Made by a program: the position numbers and the translations under genes. A stretch of 64,000 nucleotides of DNA from Dehalococcoidia bacterium (GTDB lineage Bacteria; Chloroflexota; Dehalococcoidia; Lucifugimonadales; QGNO01), in NCBI GenBank assembly GCA_965116555.1, contig OZ220698.1, positions 1,844,444 through 1,908,443 of the forward strand, given 5' to 3'. Below, piece after piece: positions 45,572 to 55,953 of this stretch. Position 1 is the first letter of the stretch. Every line of letters begins with the position of its first letter. A model generated the notes under the pieces. The model was not told the origin of the DNA and made no database searches. It worked only from the letters and a program-made list of their open reading frames with translations.

Positions 45572-45862
45572 CTACAGAGAGGCAACGATGCTCTCGTACT
45601 CGTCCTCCGTGAACGCCTTCAAGGTGGTGGTGCGCGCATTCCCCTGTCCACCCACTTTGAGCAATAGCGTTGCCGCGACTTCATCGTTGGGGAGCTCCGC
45701 CAGAGACACAAAGTCGTATTGCCCCATGGTCAGGTAGAAGAATATCAACTTGCCGCCGACACCCTCGACAGCTTGCCTGACTGCCGCGAGCCGGTTGGGA
45801 GAATCCTTGATGTTCCGTATTCCCTCGTCGGTATAGTTGCCCAACACCAGATAGCTTGCCAT
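45572..45862 (-). CDS. GYD-domain protein
   Basis: 96 aa from ATG 45862. MASYLVLGNYTDEGIRNIKDSP.R......V...GGK....Y.TMGQYD.V....PNDE is the GYD-family pattern. The upstream extension of the listed ORF lacks support. Confidence 0.75.
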   Translation of the reverse strand: MASYLVLGNYTDEGIRNIKDSPNRLAAVRQAVEGVGGKLIFFYLTMGQYDFVSLAELPNDEVAATLLLKVGGQGNARTTTLKAFTEDEYESIVASL

Positions 45863-45938
45863 GGTCCACCTCTGTTCTAATTTTCGAGACAGCCGGAGAA
45901 TATCCCCGACCCATTGGGGTGTCAATTTTCCACTTGAT

Positions 45939-46232
45939 TCAGATGCTCCAGCGAAAACCGCAAGAGCCGCACCGGTAACCGCGGACGTTTCTGTAAAGAA
46001 GAACGGCGACAACCACGGTTATGATTACGTAAACAGCCAGGGCGCCCAGCCAGAGAAAGCCCCCTTGCACCAGTCCAAATATGAGCCACAATACGGCGGT
46101 CAGCCAGAGCAGTGCCAGCCACAGCCCCACCTTCCTGCGCCAAGCCACCGCCTGAGGACGCCAGGGGACATGCACGGCAGGGCTATGACAACTCGGACAT
46201 TCGGCAAACCGCTTTGGACTGGATGGCTGCAT
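45939..46232 (-). CDS. small membrane protein with split zinc-ribbon-like CxxC pairs
   Basis: 97 aa. CPSC near the N-terminus and CGSC near the C-terminus flank two hydrophobic helices. Confidence 0.45.
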   Translation of the reverse strand: MQPSSPKRFAECPSCHSPAVHVPWRPQAVAWRRKVGLWLALLWLTAVLWLIFGLVQGGFLWLGALAVYVIITVVVAVLLYRNVRGYRCGSCGFRWSI

Positions 46233-46257
46233 GGCTTGATTGTACAGCTACAAAGCT

Positions 46258-47535
46258 CTAAACGGGTCGCCCGCGGAACGCGCCGACAACGTGGGCCGCC
46301 ATGTCTCGAATGCCGTCTCTGCGCCGTCCGTCGACGATCAACAGGAGCAAAGCCAGCGAGAGGAATATCGCTGATACGGTCAATCGTTGCTCGGTTCCGG
46401 AGAAGACAAGCTGGGTAAGGAACAAAGCCAGCAGCAGGCCCATACCGCGCCAGGAGGCATACATGCGAAGCACCAGGACAATGGCAAAAACGGTTTGAGC
46501 CATGGTCAGGATAAGCTCCACCTGCTGCCTGTGACCTGAGACTCCAAGAAAGGTGGTCGATTCGCCGGTGGTCAAGGGAAGTGCGGCAACGCCTCCAAAG
46601 CCAAGGCTATAGGCAATGGGCAGGCTGCCCAAGAGGAGTGTCCACTGGTTGACCGTGGCCGACACCAGCATAATCAACGCCGCACCGGGCGCCCCTCTCA
46701 GCGCAAAGTAGCTGGCAATAAGCATTTCAGGCGCTTCAGAAGCTAGCGGGGCCAGCCACTGGATGAGGACGAATTCATCTATTCCAAACTGGGCGCCGGT
46801 ATTAATCAGTCCCTCGGCGAACAGCTCCGTGGAGAAGATGATCACCCCTATGGCGTACAGGAATACGAGGACAATGGCTATCCTGCGTCCGGTTACCCCG
46901 AACGATGCTATGGCACGTGAAGGGCCAATGAGGTACGGGTCGGAGCGCTCTCCACGGCCGCTGAGCCAGATGTAAACGCCGAAAAGGGGAAGGAGAACGG
47001 CGGTGTCCCACAAAGAGATCTCTCCCTTCACCACAATGAACACCGCATACAGTGCGCCAACGATAAGGAAGGCAATCTCTGTCGATACGCCGTTGGCCAG
47101 GGACACGTTTTGCCTACGCTTGAACCAGTAGAGCAAGACGACCAGAGGCCAACCCAATCCCACGATGAGCCTGTTCCCTCCCGTCATGTTGGCAGTGGTG
47201 TAGGAAGAGTAGAGAGATGAGGGATCGCTGCCCGCTTGGAAGGCTAGAAATAAGTCCACCGCTAATTCAGGAAGCACCGCCACCAGGGCAACAAGGGCCA
47301 GGGCCAACCCCTGGGATATATCGATCTCGGCGGCTTCCGAAGCCCAGGCAAGCAAGGCGGCGGCACCCACTATGCCAGTCCCGAAAACGATGGCGCCCAG
47401 CCAAGGGAAGAGTTGAGGGTTTCCGGTAAGGATGACCAGCCAGCTGATGACAACGGCAGGGATGCCTAGACCAACAGCAACGGCGAGCAATGCCCAGTTG
47501 TGCATGCCGATCCCGGTCGACGAGCTTTCTTCCAC
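46258..47535 (-). CDS. cation/Ca2+ exchanger (CaCA, Na+/Ca2+-exchanger-like) membrane protein
   Basis: Two alpha-repeat-like motifs: VAVLPELAVDL...GGNRLIVGLG and LASEAPEMLIA...SATVNQWTLLLG. More than 10 TM segments. Confidence 0.6.
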   Translation of the reverse strand: MEESSSTGIGMHNWALLAVAVGLGIPAVVISWLVILTGNPQLFPWLGAIVFGTGIVGAAALLAWASEAAEIDISQGLALALVALVAVLPELAVDLFLAFQAGSDPSSLYSSYTTANMTGGNRLIVGLGWPLVVLLYWFKRRQNVSLANGVSTEIAFLIVGALYAVFIVVKGEISLWDTAVLLPLFGVYIWLSGRGERSDPYLIGPSRAIASFGVTGRRIAIVLVFLYAIGVIIFSTELFAEGLINTGAQFGIDEFVLIQWLAPLASEAPEMLIASYFALRGAPGAALIMLVSATVNQWTLLLGSLPIAYSLGFGGVAALPLTTGESTTFLGVSGHRQQVELILTMAQTVFAIVLVLRMYASWRGMGLLLALFLTQLVFSGTEQRLTVSAIFLSLALLLLIVDGRRRDGIRDMAAHVVGAFRGRPV

Positions 47536-47604
47536 TGGCCCTACCTCACAAAGAAAGAAGCCCGCTCTAGGGGCTTCCCATTTATAAACGTAGGGGGTGA
47601 GTAA

Positions 47605-48429
47605 TCAGCCCACCTGTGTCACTTTGTAGGTCACCGCGCCCTTGGGGGTGATTACCTCTACCTGGTCTCCTTCAGAGCGGTCCAACACGGCCTGGCCCAC
47701 GGGAGAGGCGGTAGAAAGCCTGCCGGAAGAAGGGTCGGCCTCACTGGGCTCAACCAAAAGATAGCTAATCTCCTTCCCGGTTTGAAGGTGTTGCAAGACG
47801 ACACGTGAACCAACGGCAATGGACGCGCCTTTGACTGCGGGGGAAGAGCCGTCCATAATCACCGCATTCTTCAGAATGCTCTCCAACTCTCTAATGCGCG
47901 CTTCCGTCTGGCCTTGATGCTCTCTAGCCGCATCCAATGGCGAATTCTCGCTGAAGTCTCCGGTGGAAGCAGCCTGGCGGATATCATCCGCTATCTTGCT
48001 CCTTTCCGCCTTCAAGGAATCAAGGTCTTCCAGGAGTTTCTTGTGACCCTCCGGTGTTATCTGCTTGGGCGCCTCCATTGCAACCCGTTTAGCCTGCGCC
48101 GCAGCTCTTCTCCTGCCATTGCGCCTAATCCTAGCGAACGAGGCAAGCCTGGTCTCGGTCATGCCATGTTTGCGGAGGAAATTAAGGAAACGCTTGGTTA
48201 TAGCCAGCCTTACGGTGCCGCCGTCCCCGGCGTACTCCAGGGTGGCGCTGTATTCTTCAACCTGAATGGGTAGAACTGCATTGACGGGGCGGTCCTGTCC
48301 ACACCACTGGACAAAGCGAGAGAGTTCCCTCTTAGCCGCGTGCGCATCCTTTTCTTTCTGCGTATCCAGGTACTGCGCAGCAGCATCCGAAAGGGTGGTT
48401 GGCGCCGCCGATACTTCCTCAACAGTCAT
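47605..48429 (-). CDS. greA: GreA-type transcript-cleavage factor with a ~110-aa N-terminal extension
   Basis: The C-terminal ~160 aa is a complete GreA. It has a coiled-coil with the acidic tip GDFSENSPLDAAREHQ and the globular domain ...VGSRVVL.....GKE..Y.LV...EADP..G.LS..SPVG.A.L. The N-terminal part resembles an integrase SAM-like/core-binding helix bundle. Confidence 0.8.
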   Translation of the reverse strand: MTVEEVSAAPTTLSDAAAQYLDTQKEKDAHAAKRELSRFVQWCGQDRPVNAVLPIQVEEYSATLEYAGDGGTVRLAITKRFLNFLRKHGMTETRLASFARIRRNGRRRAAAQAKRVAMEAPKQITPEGHKKLLEDLDSLKAERSKIADDIRQAASTGDFSENSPLDAAREHQGQTEARIRELESILKNAVIMDGSSPAVKGASIAVGSRVVLQHLQTGKEISYLLVEPSEADPSSGRLSTASPVGQAVLDRSEGDQVEVITPKGAVTYKVTQVG

Positions 48430-48439
48430 CAGTTAACTG

Positions 48440-48468
48440 ATTGTAGGTGTGCAGTACCTGAGTGTCAA
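48440..48468 (-). promoter_or_regulatory. strong sigma70-type promoter of the greA-like gene (leaderless or near-leaderless)
   Basis: The minus strand reads TTGACA-ctcaggtactgcacacc(17)-TACAAT-cagttaactg-ATG. Only 10 nt separate the -10 box from the ATG, and there is no SD. Confidence 0.6.
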
Positions 48469-48579
48469 CATTCCGTTCCACCATACCTATCAAGGCCGCA
48501 CTTCCTTTGAAATGGCACTTCAGGTACAATAATTACACAGCTTTTAATGTCAGTGGCGGATAAAACCATCGGAGAAGCT

Positions 48580-50433
48580 ATGGGATCCCACTGGATGCGC
48601 AACACAATAATCTATGCCGTGGTGGCTATTGCCATCATCCTGGTCTTCTACAACTTCACCGCAGGCTCTCGCGGTGAAGAGAAAGATATAGCCACCGTGG
48701 TCCAAATGGCCCAAGAGGGCCGCCTGAAGTCCATTGTGGTGGACGGAGACACCCTAGCCGTTGAACCGAGTGAAGGGCCGGAGTTCACTTCTCGCAAGGA
48801 GCCGGGCACCAGCATCCTGGAGGTTCTTACCGAAGCCGGAGTGGTGACGGGCGAGAGCGGCGTTCAGGTCACCGTCAAGGGCTCCAGCGGCTTGTCCAAC
48901 ATATTCGGGCTGCTCTTCAACTTCCTGCCGCTGATATTCTTTGGCGCTATTCTGCTGTTCATGATGCGCCAGGCCCAGGGCAGCAACAATCAAACCCTGA
49001 GCTTTGGCCGCAGCCGGGCCCGGCTGCTGGTCGGCAACAAACCCAGCGTTACTTTTTCCGACGTGGCCGGCGTGGAGGAGTCCAAAATCGAGTTGCAGGA
49101 GATTGTGGAGTTCCTCAAGTACCCGGAGCGGTTTGTGTCGCTGGGGGCGCGCATACCCAAGGGAGTGCTCCTGGTGGGGCCGCCCGGCACGGGCAAGACC
49201 CTGCTGGCAAAGGCGGTGGCCGGTGAAGCGGGCGTCCCGTTCTTCTCGATAAGCGGCAGCGAATTCGTTGAGATGTTCGTTGGCGTGGGAGCGGCAAGGG
49301 TGCGCGACCTGTTTGACCAGGCTAAGCGCAACGCGCCTTGCATCATCTTCGTAGACGAAATAGACGCCGTCGGCAGACACCGCGGCGCCGGACTTGGCGG
49401 TGGGCACGACGAGCGCGAACAAACGCTGAACCAGATCCTTGTGGAGATCGACGGGTTTGATTCCAACACCAACGTAATTGTGGTGGCGGCCACCAACCGC
49501 CCGGACATCCTGGACCCGGCGCTTCTCCGCCCCGGACGGTTCGATAGGCGGGTGGTGCTCGATTTGCCAGACATCGCGGGGCGAGAGGCTATTCTGAGCG
49601 TTCACACCAAGGGGAAACCGATTGACGAGGACGTAAACCTGGAAGTGATTGCAAAAGAGACCCCCGGGTTCAGCGGTGCTGACCTGGCGAACTTGGTCAA
49701 CGAGGCGGCTATTCTGGCGGCGCGGCGCAGCAAGAAGACCGTCATGTTCGATGAGTTCGGTGAGGCGATAGACAGGGTGATCGCAGGGCCGGAGCGAAAG
49801 AGCCGGGTGATCAGCCACAAGGAGAAGGAGATCACCGCCTACCACGAAGGCGGGCACGCCCTGGTGGGCCACAAGCTTGCCAATGCCGACCCTGTACAGA
49901 AGGTGTCCATAGTGGCGCGCGGAAGTATGGGCGGTTATACCCGTTTCCTGCCCGAAGAGGACAGGCACCTGTTCAGCAAGGCTCAGTTCAAAGACATGAT
50001 GGCCGCGGCGATGGGAGGACGAGTTGCGGAGGAGCAGATATTCGGGGAGGTCACCACGGGCGCCAGCAACGACCTGGAGCACGCCACGCAGATAGCGCGC
50101 AACATGGTGACCCGCTTCGGCATGAGCGAGAAGCTGGGACCGCGCACCTTTGGCAAGCGCGAGGAGCTTGTATTCCTGGGCAGAGAGATATCCGAGCAGA
50201 GCGACTACAGCGACAATACGGCGGAGAAGATAGATGAAGAGGTGCACAGCCTTATTCAGGAGGCCCACGACAGGGCTCAAGAGATACTGGAAACAAACAA
50301 GGCAAAGCTGGTGCAACTGGCGCGCCACCTGATAGCAAACGAAACCATTGAAGGCGACGCTCTTATCAAGCTCCTGGACTCGGAGGCGCCTCCAGTGGTG
50401 GTGGAGCCCATAGCGGCGCCAAGCACGGACTAG
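48580..50433 (+). CDS. ftsH: ATP-dependent zinc metalloprotease FtsH
   Basis: Walker [12 protein letters not shown] region, HEGGHAL zinc motif. GGAG lies 5 nt before ATG 48580; the listed ORF begins at 48547. Confidence 0.9.
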   Translation: MGSHWMRNTIIYAVVAIAIILVFYNFTAGSRGEEKDIATVVQMAQEGRLKSIVVDGDTLAVEPSEGPEFTSRKEPGTSILEVLTEAGVVTGESGVQVTVKGSSGLSNIFGLLFNFLPLIFFGAILLFMMRQAQGSNNQTLSFGRSRARLLVGNKPSVTFSDVAGVEESKIELQEIVEFLKYPERFVSLGARIPKGVLLVGPPGTGKTLLAKAVAGEAGVPFFSISGSEFVEMFVGVGAARVRDLFDQAKRNAPCIIFVDEIDAVGRHRGAGLGGGHDEREQTLNQILVEIDGFDSNTNVIVVAATNRPDILDPALLRPGRFDRRVVLDLPDIAGREAILSVHTKGKPIDEDVNLEVIAKETPGFSGADLANLVNEAAILAARRSKKTVMFDEFGEAIDRVIAGPERKSRVISHKEKEITAYHEGGHALVGHKLANADPVQKVSIVARGSMGGYTRFLPEEDRHLFSKAQFKDMMAAAMGGRVAEEQIFGEVTTGASNDLEHATQIARNMVTRFGMSEKLGPRTFGKREELVFLGREISEQSDYSDNTAEKIDEEVHSLIQEAHDRAQEILETNKAKLVQLARHLIANETIEGDALIKLLDSEAPPVVVEPIAAPSTD

Positions 50434-50454
50434 TCCGCGCGGATTGACGACGCA

Positions 50455-50490
50455 AGAAGGGCGGCCTCTTGGATGAGAGGCCGCCCTTCT
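50455..50490. terminator. bidirectional hairpin between ftsH and the convergent small ORF
   Basis: 14-bp perfect stem agaagggcggcctc / gaggccgcccttct with an 8-nt loop. Confidence 0.65.
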
Positions 50491-50491
50491 C

Positions 50492-50755
50492 TTATTCGGT
50501 CTCGTCTTCCTCGGTGTCCAGGGGACGCTCTCTGAAGTAGAGGCCCCACTTCTGCATGAGCCTCTTGACGTCGGCGTCCGCCAAGCCCGTCAACTCCCTG
50601 AAGAACCCTGCCAGGGCGTGGACGTGCAGGTACTCGTCAGAGCATACCCAGCTTGCTTCGCTGGGCACCACGTAGATTAGGCCGTTCTGGTGCGCGCACT
50701 GCGCTTCCAGGCGCTTGCCGGACCGGTCGTGCTTTATTGTCAGGCCGTACGGCAT
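50492..50755 (-). CDS. hypothetical 87-aa protein, apparently co-transcribed with fumC
   Basis: Starts 10 nt after the fumC stop on the same strand. Acidic C-terminus (DTEEDETE). I recognise no family. Confidence 0.45.
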   Translation of the reverse strand: MPYGLTIKHDRSGKRLEAQCAHQNGLIYVVPSEASWVCSDEYLHVHALAGFFRELTGLADADVKRLMQKWGLYFRERPLDTEEDETE

Positions 50756-50765
50756 ATCGATAGCC

Positions 50766-52178
<1,413 letters not shown>

Positions 52179-52228
52179 GTGTACCTCCTGAGTAGCGAGT
52201 ATGCGGGGGATTTTTTATTCCGGGGCAC

Positions 52229-52237
52229 AGTCTATCA
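52229..52237 (-). promoter_or_regulatory. extended -10-like element TGATAGACT upstream of fumC
   Basis: The minus strand reads ccgTGaTAGACTg about 50 nt before the ATG. The identical 13-mer ccgtgatagactg occurs at 25456-25468 upstream of lutA. Confidence 0.35.
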
Positions 52238-52323
52238 CGGTTGCGTCAAGATGGGGAATTAGACCCGCGCCTCTTCAATCAGCGGGGCACTCTGCCATCT
52301 CAGGCAAACGCCAGATCGCAGTA

Positions 52324-53112
52324 TCAAACGCCCATAATGTGGTAGCCGCCGTCCACGGGAAGAACGGCACCGGTGACGCCGCTGGCAAGGTCGCTGCACA
52401 AGAAAAGCGCAGCGTTGCCAACCTCCTCATGTGTGACGTTGCGCCGCAGGGGGGCCCGTTGCTCATGGGTGCGCTTCATGTCCAGAAAGCCACGGATGCC
52501 CCTGGCGGCCAGGGTATCGAGCGGGCCGGGCGATACGGCATTGACGCGGATGTTGCTTGGGCCAAGCTCGGAGGCAAGCTGTCGCACCTCGTTCTCCAAG
52601 GCGGCCTTGGCGGTGCCCATGACGTTGTAGCCGGGGTAGACCTTCTCCGAGGCGTGGAAGGTGACGGTGACGATGCTGCCGCCGTCCTTCATCAGAGGGG
52701 CCGCATGCCGGGCGATGGGCAACAAGGAGTAGGCGCTGATATCAAGGGCGGTCTTGAACCCGTCACGGGAGGTCTTTGAGAAATCGCCTCCCAGGTCTTC
52801 GCGGTGGGCAAAGGCCACGCTGTGCACCACGAACGAAAGCGAGCCATAGCGGTTGCCTAGCTCAGCGAAGACTTCCTCTATCTGGTCGTCGTCGGTCACA
52901 TCGCATTCCCAGAGGGCAGCGTCGTCCCAGCTCTCCACCAAACCGGCGACACGGCTCTTCAGCCGCTCGTTTTGGTAGGTCAACGCCAGTGTGGCTCCCG
53001 CATCGTGCAGCGCTTCCGCTATGGACCAGGCGATGCTTCGATCATTCGCCACACCGAAGACAACTCCTTGCTTGCCTCTAAGGTCAATTGGATAAACTTT
53101 GTCACCACTCAT
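52324..53112 (-). CDS. fabI: enoyl-[acyl-carrier-protein] reductase (NADH) FabI
   Basis: GVANDRSIAWSIA N-terminal motif and YNVMGTAKAALE (Y-x6-K) catalytic motif. Confidence 0.9.
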   Translation of the reverse strand: MSGDKVYPIDLRGKQGVVFGVANDRSIAWSIAEALHDAGATLALTYQNERLKSRVAGLVESWDDAALWECDVTDDDQIEEVFAELGNRYGSLSFVVHSVAFAHREDLGGDFSKTSRDGFKTALDISAYSLLPIARHAAPLMKDGGSIVTVTFHASEKVYPGYNVMGTAKAALENEVRQLASELGPSNIRVNAVSPGPLDTLAARGIRGFLDMKRTHEQRAPLRRNVTHEEVGNAALFLCSDLASGVTGAVLPVDGGYHIMGV

Positions 53113-53133
53113 AATTCAATAACTCCTCGGGCT

Positions 53134-53574
53134 TCAGCGTGGTTCTCCATCCTGTTCAGAGCCTCCATAGATAGCGCCGCTCCGTGACGCGTAGTGGTCG
53201 TACACTTGGCGCATGGTCTGGTAAGCCTCGCGCTCCACCTGTCGATGTTGAACGGGCACTCGTCTTGAAAACAGCCTGGAAATAAGATGGCGCCATACAT
53301 AGGGGAAGAATCCCCACTGAATCCTTTGATTGACGTGGCAATACTGGTGTGCCAGAGGAGCCAGCGCCTCGTTGTCCGCCAACTGGCCATCCAACTGCGT
53401 GTCTAAATACTTCTTGCCAATCAGGATGACCGGCCGCACAAGAGGCAACGTTATGGTGAACCCCCTTAGAGCAGGCCATGATAGGGCAAAAATGGTGGTC
53501 CTGGCCAAAGCCGCCGAGGAGATGCCATGCTGACGCAGGCGCCTTCCGGTGACACTATCAGGAGCAAACCGCAT
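53134..53574 (-). CDS. hypothetical protein (possibly DUF4157-like with degenerate HExxH = HQYCH)
   Basis: 146 aa. ...GFTITLPLVRPVILIGKKY... followed by LAPLAHQYCHVNQ resembles the GFTxGxxIxF ... LLAHELxHVxQ layout of DUF4157, with Glu replaced by Gln. The resemblance is weak. Confidence 0.35.
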   Translation of the reverse strand: MRFAPDSVTGRRLRQHGISSAALARTTIFALSWPALRGFTITLPLVRPVILIGKKYLDTQLDGQLADNEALAPLAHQYCHVNQRIQWGFFPYVWRHLISRLFSRRVPVQHRQVEREAYQTMRQVYDHYASRSGAIYGGSEQDGEPR

Positions 53575-53743
53575 GGTTGAACATAACTTGGATAGTTGAA
53601 GAAATCAGGAAAATACGTTGGTAGTATAGCACCTTGCATGCGGTAGTAGGACATATGAGTGTTCCAAGATACGCTGAAGGGAGAAAGCTGTTAAACTAGA
53701 CCCGCTATTGACCGGAGATACGAGAACAAATTCCGGAGAGGTC

Positions 53744-54730
53744 ATGCAATCAGAAGACGTAGCCCGCATAGCTGAAACGGCAGCCAGGCTCCAGGAAAAC
53801 ATTGAAAAGGTGCTGGTTGGCAAGGGAGACATCGTGGCGCTGGTGCTGGAAGCCGTACTTTGCGAAGGGCACCTGCTCATCCAGGACGTGCCCGGCACAG
53901 GCAAGACGGTGCTGGCGAAGTCCATAGCACGCTCTCTGGGATGTACTTTCCGCCGCGTTCAGGGCACGCCCGATCTGCTGCCGACCGATATCACGGGCAC
54001 CTACGTGTTCAACCAGCAGACCGCGGCCTTTGAGTTTCGCCCGGGGCCAATAACGGCACAGGTGCTGCTGGTGGACGAGATAAACCGCGCCACCCCCCGC
54101 ACGCAATCCGCGCTCCTGGAGGCGATGCAGGAGCGTCAAATCACCGTGGAAGGCGAAACAATGGCGCTGGCCAAGCCGTTTCTCACCATTGCCACCCAGA
54201 ACCCAATAGAGTTGGAGGGCACCTTCCCCCTACCCGAGGCACAGCTGGACAGGTTCCTTCTCCAGGTAAGCCTGGGTTACCCGTCTCAAGAAGAGGACCT
54301 GCTCATACTCCATAGATTCAAGGAAGACGACCCTCTTGAAGAGCTGGAACCCGTAGTGGACAGCGCCGAGCTTGTGGAGCTACAACGGTTGGTGCGCAAG
54401 GTGCACGTGGCCCCGCCCGTGGAAGAGTACCTGGTCTCCATAGTCCACGCCACCCGTTCCCATCCATGGGTGGACCTGGGAGCCAGTCCGCGCGCTATGC
54501 TGGCCCTGTACAGAACATCGCAGGGGCTGGCCGCAATAAGGGGCCGTTCCTTTGTCATACCGGACGACGTCAAAGCGCTGGCGCCTTACGTACTGACGCA
54601 TCGCATCATCCCCAAGGTACAGGGCCACGTCCGCGGCCATACACCGAACGACATCATACGTGAGGTGGTCAACTCGGTGCCTGTGCCCGTAGAGGACGAG
54701 ATGGGTGTTGCGGGTTTCCGGCACGTTTAG
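53744..54730 (+). CDS. MoxR-family AAA+ ATPase (AAA_3)
   Basis: GGAGAGG SD before ATG 53744. LLIQDVPGTGKT Walker A, LLVDEINRA Walker B, and a typical MoxR C-terminal lid. Confidence 0.85.
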   Translation: MQSEDVARIAETAARLQENIEKVLVGKGDIVALVLEAVLCEGHLLIQDVPGTGKTVLAKSIARSLGCTFRRVQGTPDLLPTDITGTYVFNQQTAAFEFRPGPITAQVLLVDEINRATPRTQSALLEAMQERQITVEGETMALAKPFLTIATQNPIELEGTFPLPEAQLDRFLLQVSLGYPSQEEDLLILHRFKEDDPLEELEPVVDSAELVELQRLVRKVHVAPPVEEYLVSIVHATRSHPWVDLGASPRAMLALYRTSQGLAAIRGRSFVIPDDVKALAPYVLTHRIIPKVQGHVRGHTPNDIIREVVNSVPVPVEDEMGVAGFRHV

Positions 54731-54735
54731 GGAAT

Positions 54736-55953
54736 ATGGGCGGGTTCTGGGTCTTTTCCGCTGTAGTAATTGTAATTCTCAGCATTGTGATCAGCTCCCT
54801 CTCCTTGCTGCTGGTGGGAACTCTTCTGCTGCTCTTTGTTCTGATTTCCAAGTGGTGGGCCGACTATAGCCTTCAGGGTGTAGAGTACAAGCACCAACTG
54901 AACGCCAACCGAGTGTTCTCCGGTGAAGACGTTCAGCTAACCACGCAGACCACAAACAATAAGTTCCTACCCCTACCCTGGATTCAGATCAACGACGAGC
55001 TGCCAAAAGAGGTATCGGCCAGGCAGGGACGTGTCATAGCGTCCATTGATCCCACGCGGATGGCGCTGGCCAGCGTTCTCTCCATGAGCTGGTACCATCG
55101 CGTAACGCGCACCTACGATATACGGTGCCCAAACAGAGGCCACTTCTTCATTGGCCCAACGCGAATACGTTCCGGCGACCTGTTCGGCATGCATACCCGG
55201 GAGATGCGCGTGGAAAAGGACCAGACGCTTACCGTCTATCCGCGAATCTTGCCCCTCAGAGTGTCATCCCTGCCATCCCTGGAACCGTATGGCGACGTGC
55301 GGGTCAAGCGCAGGTTCCTAGACGACGTAACACGGCCAATGGGCAGCAGAAAATACCTAAGCGGCGATGCGCTGCGTCACATACACTGGAAAGCCACGGC
55401 ACACACCGGCATGCTCCAGACGCGCATCTTTGAAGCGTCCACAACTCCCAACTTTGCCGTGTTCTTGGGAACGCGAACCATAGAGCCCCCTCTGCAAGGC
55501 AGCCGCCCTCACCTTCTGGAGCTGGGCGTGCTCACGGTGACAGCCCTGGTCAACCATGCTTTGAACAGGCGCATACCGGCAGGGGTCTACGTAAACCAGA
55601 CCTCTCGCGATTCCAGGCAAACCATGGAGGTGCCGCCGGCACGCCATCCGGACCAGCTGGTGAAGGTATTGGAGGTGATGGCCCACGTCCATCCCGAAGA
55701 ATCTACGCCTCTGGCCAACCTGATAGAGGAAAAGAGCCGAGGATTGCCTTGGAGCACTACCATCCTCGTGGCCACCGCCATTCCGGACCAAGCGACGATC
55801 AATACGCTGATGAGGATGCGCAAGGCCGGATGGACCACAGCCCTGATACACGTAGGCGGTGAGTCCGTGGATTATGCCAGGGAGGGAATTCCCAGGTACA
55901 CGGTAGCTAATACTATGGCATGGCAAGGTCTAGAGGAGATAGTGATCCAGTGA
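54736..55953 (+). CDS. DUF58-domain protein (MoxR partner)
   Basis: Two N-terminal TM helices, then the block ...GDLFG......YPR..PL........G......D....R.Y..GD....IHWKATA. Position directly after MoxR. Confidence 0.75.
   Translation: MGGFWVFSAVVIVILSIVISSLSLLLVGTLLLLFVLISKWWADYSLQGVEYKHQLNANRVFSGEDVQLTTQTTNNKFLPLPWIQINDELPKEVSARQGRVIASIDPTRMALASVLSMSWYHRVTRTYDIRCPNRGHFFIGPTRIRSGDLFGMHTREMRVEKDQTLTVYPRILPLRVSSLPSLEPYGDVRVKRRFLDDVTRPMGSRKYLSGDALRHIHWKATAHTGMLQTRIFEASTTPNFAVFLGTRTIEPPLQGSRPHLLELGVLTVTALVNHALNRRIPAGVYVNQTSRDSRQTMEVPPARHPDQLVKVLEVMAHVHPEESTPLANLIEEKSRGLPWSTTILVATAIPDQATINTLMRMRKAGWTTALIHVGGESVDYAREGIPRYTVANTMAWQGLEEIVIQ

Noticed and set aside
45572-46012. 146-aa version of the GYD-domain ORF
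   Set aside because: The first 50 residues have no counterpart in the ~95-aa GYD family and overlap the intergenic region. An internal ATG at 45862 gives the canonical MASYLVLGNYTDEG start.
48754-50328. 524-aa ORF antisense to ftsH. Similar long antisense or alternate-frame ORFs occur at 718..1659, 3505..4200, 12129..13169, 31896..32684, 42879..43664, 44204..45175, 50715..51698 and 62159..63172
   Set aside because: These are typical high-G+C shadow ORFs. They have skewed composition (Arg/Ala/Gly/His/Pro-rich) and no family motifs, and each lies fully inside a confidently identified gene on the other strand or frame.
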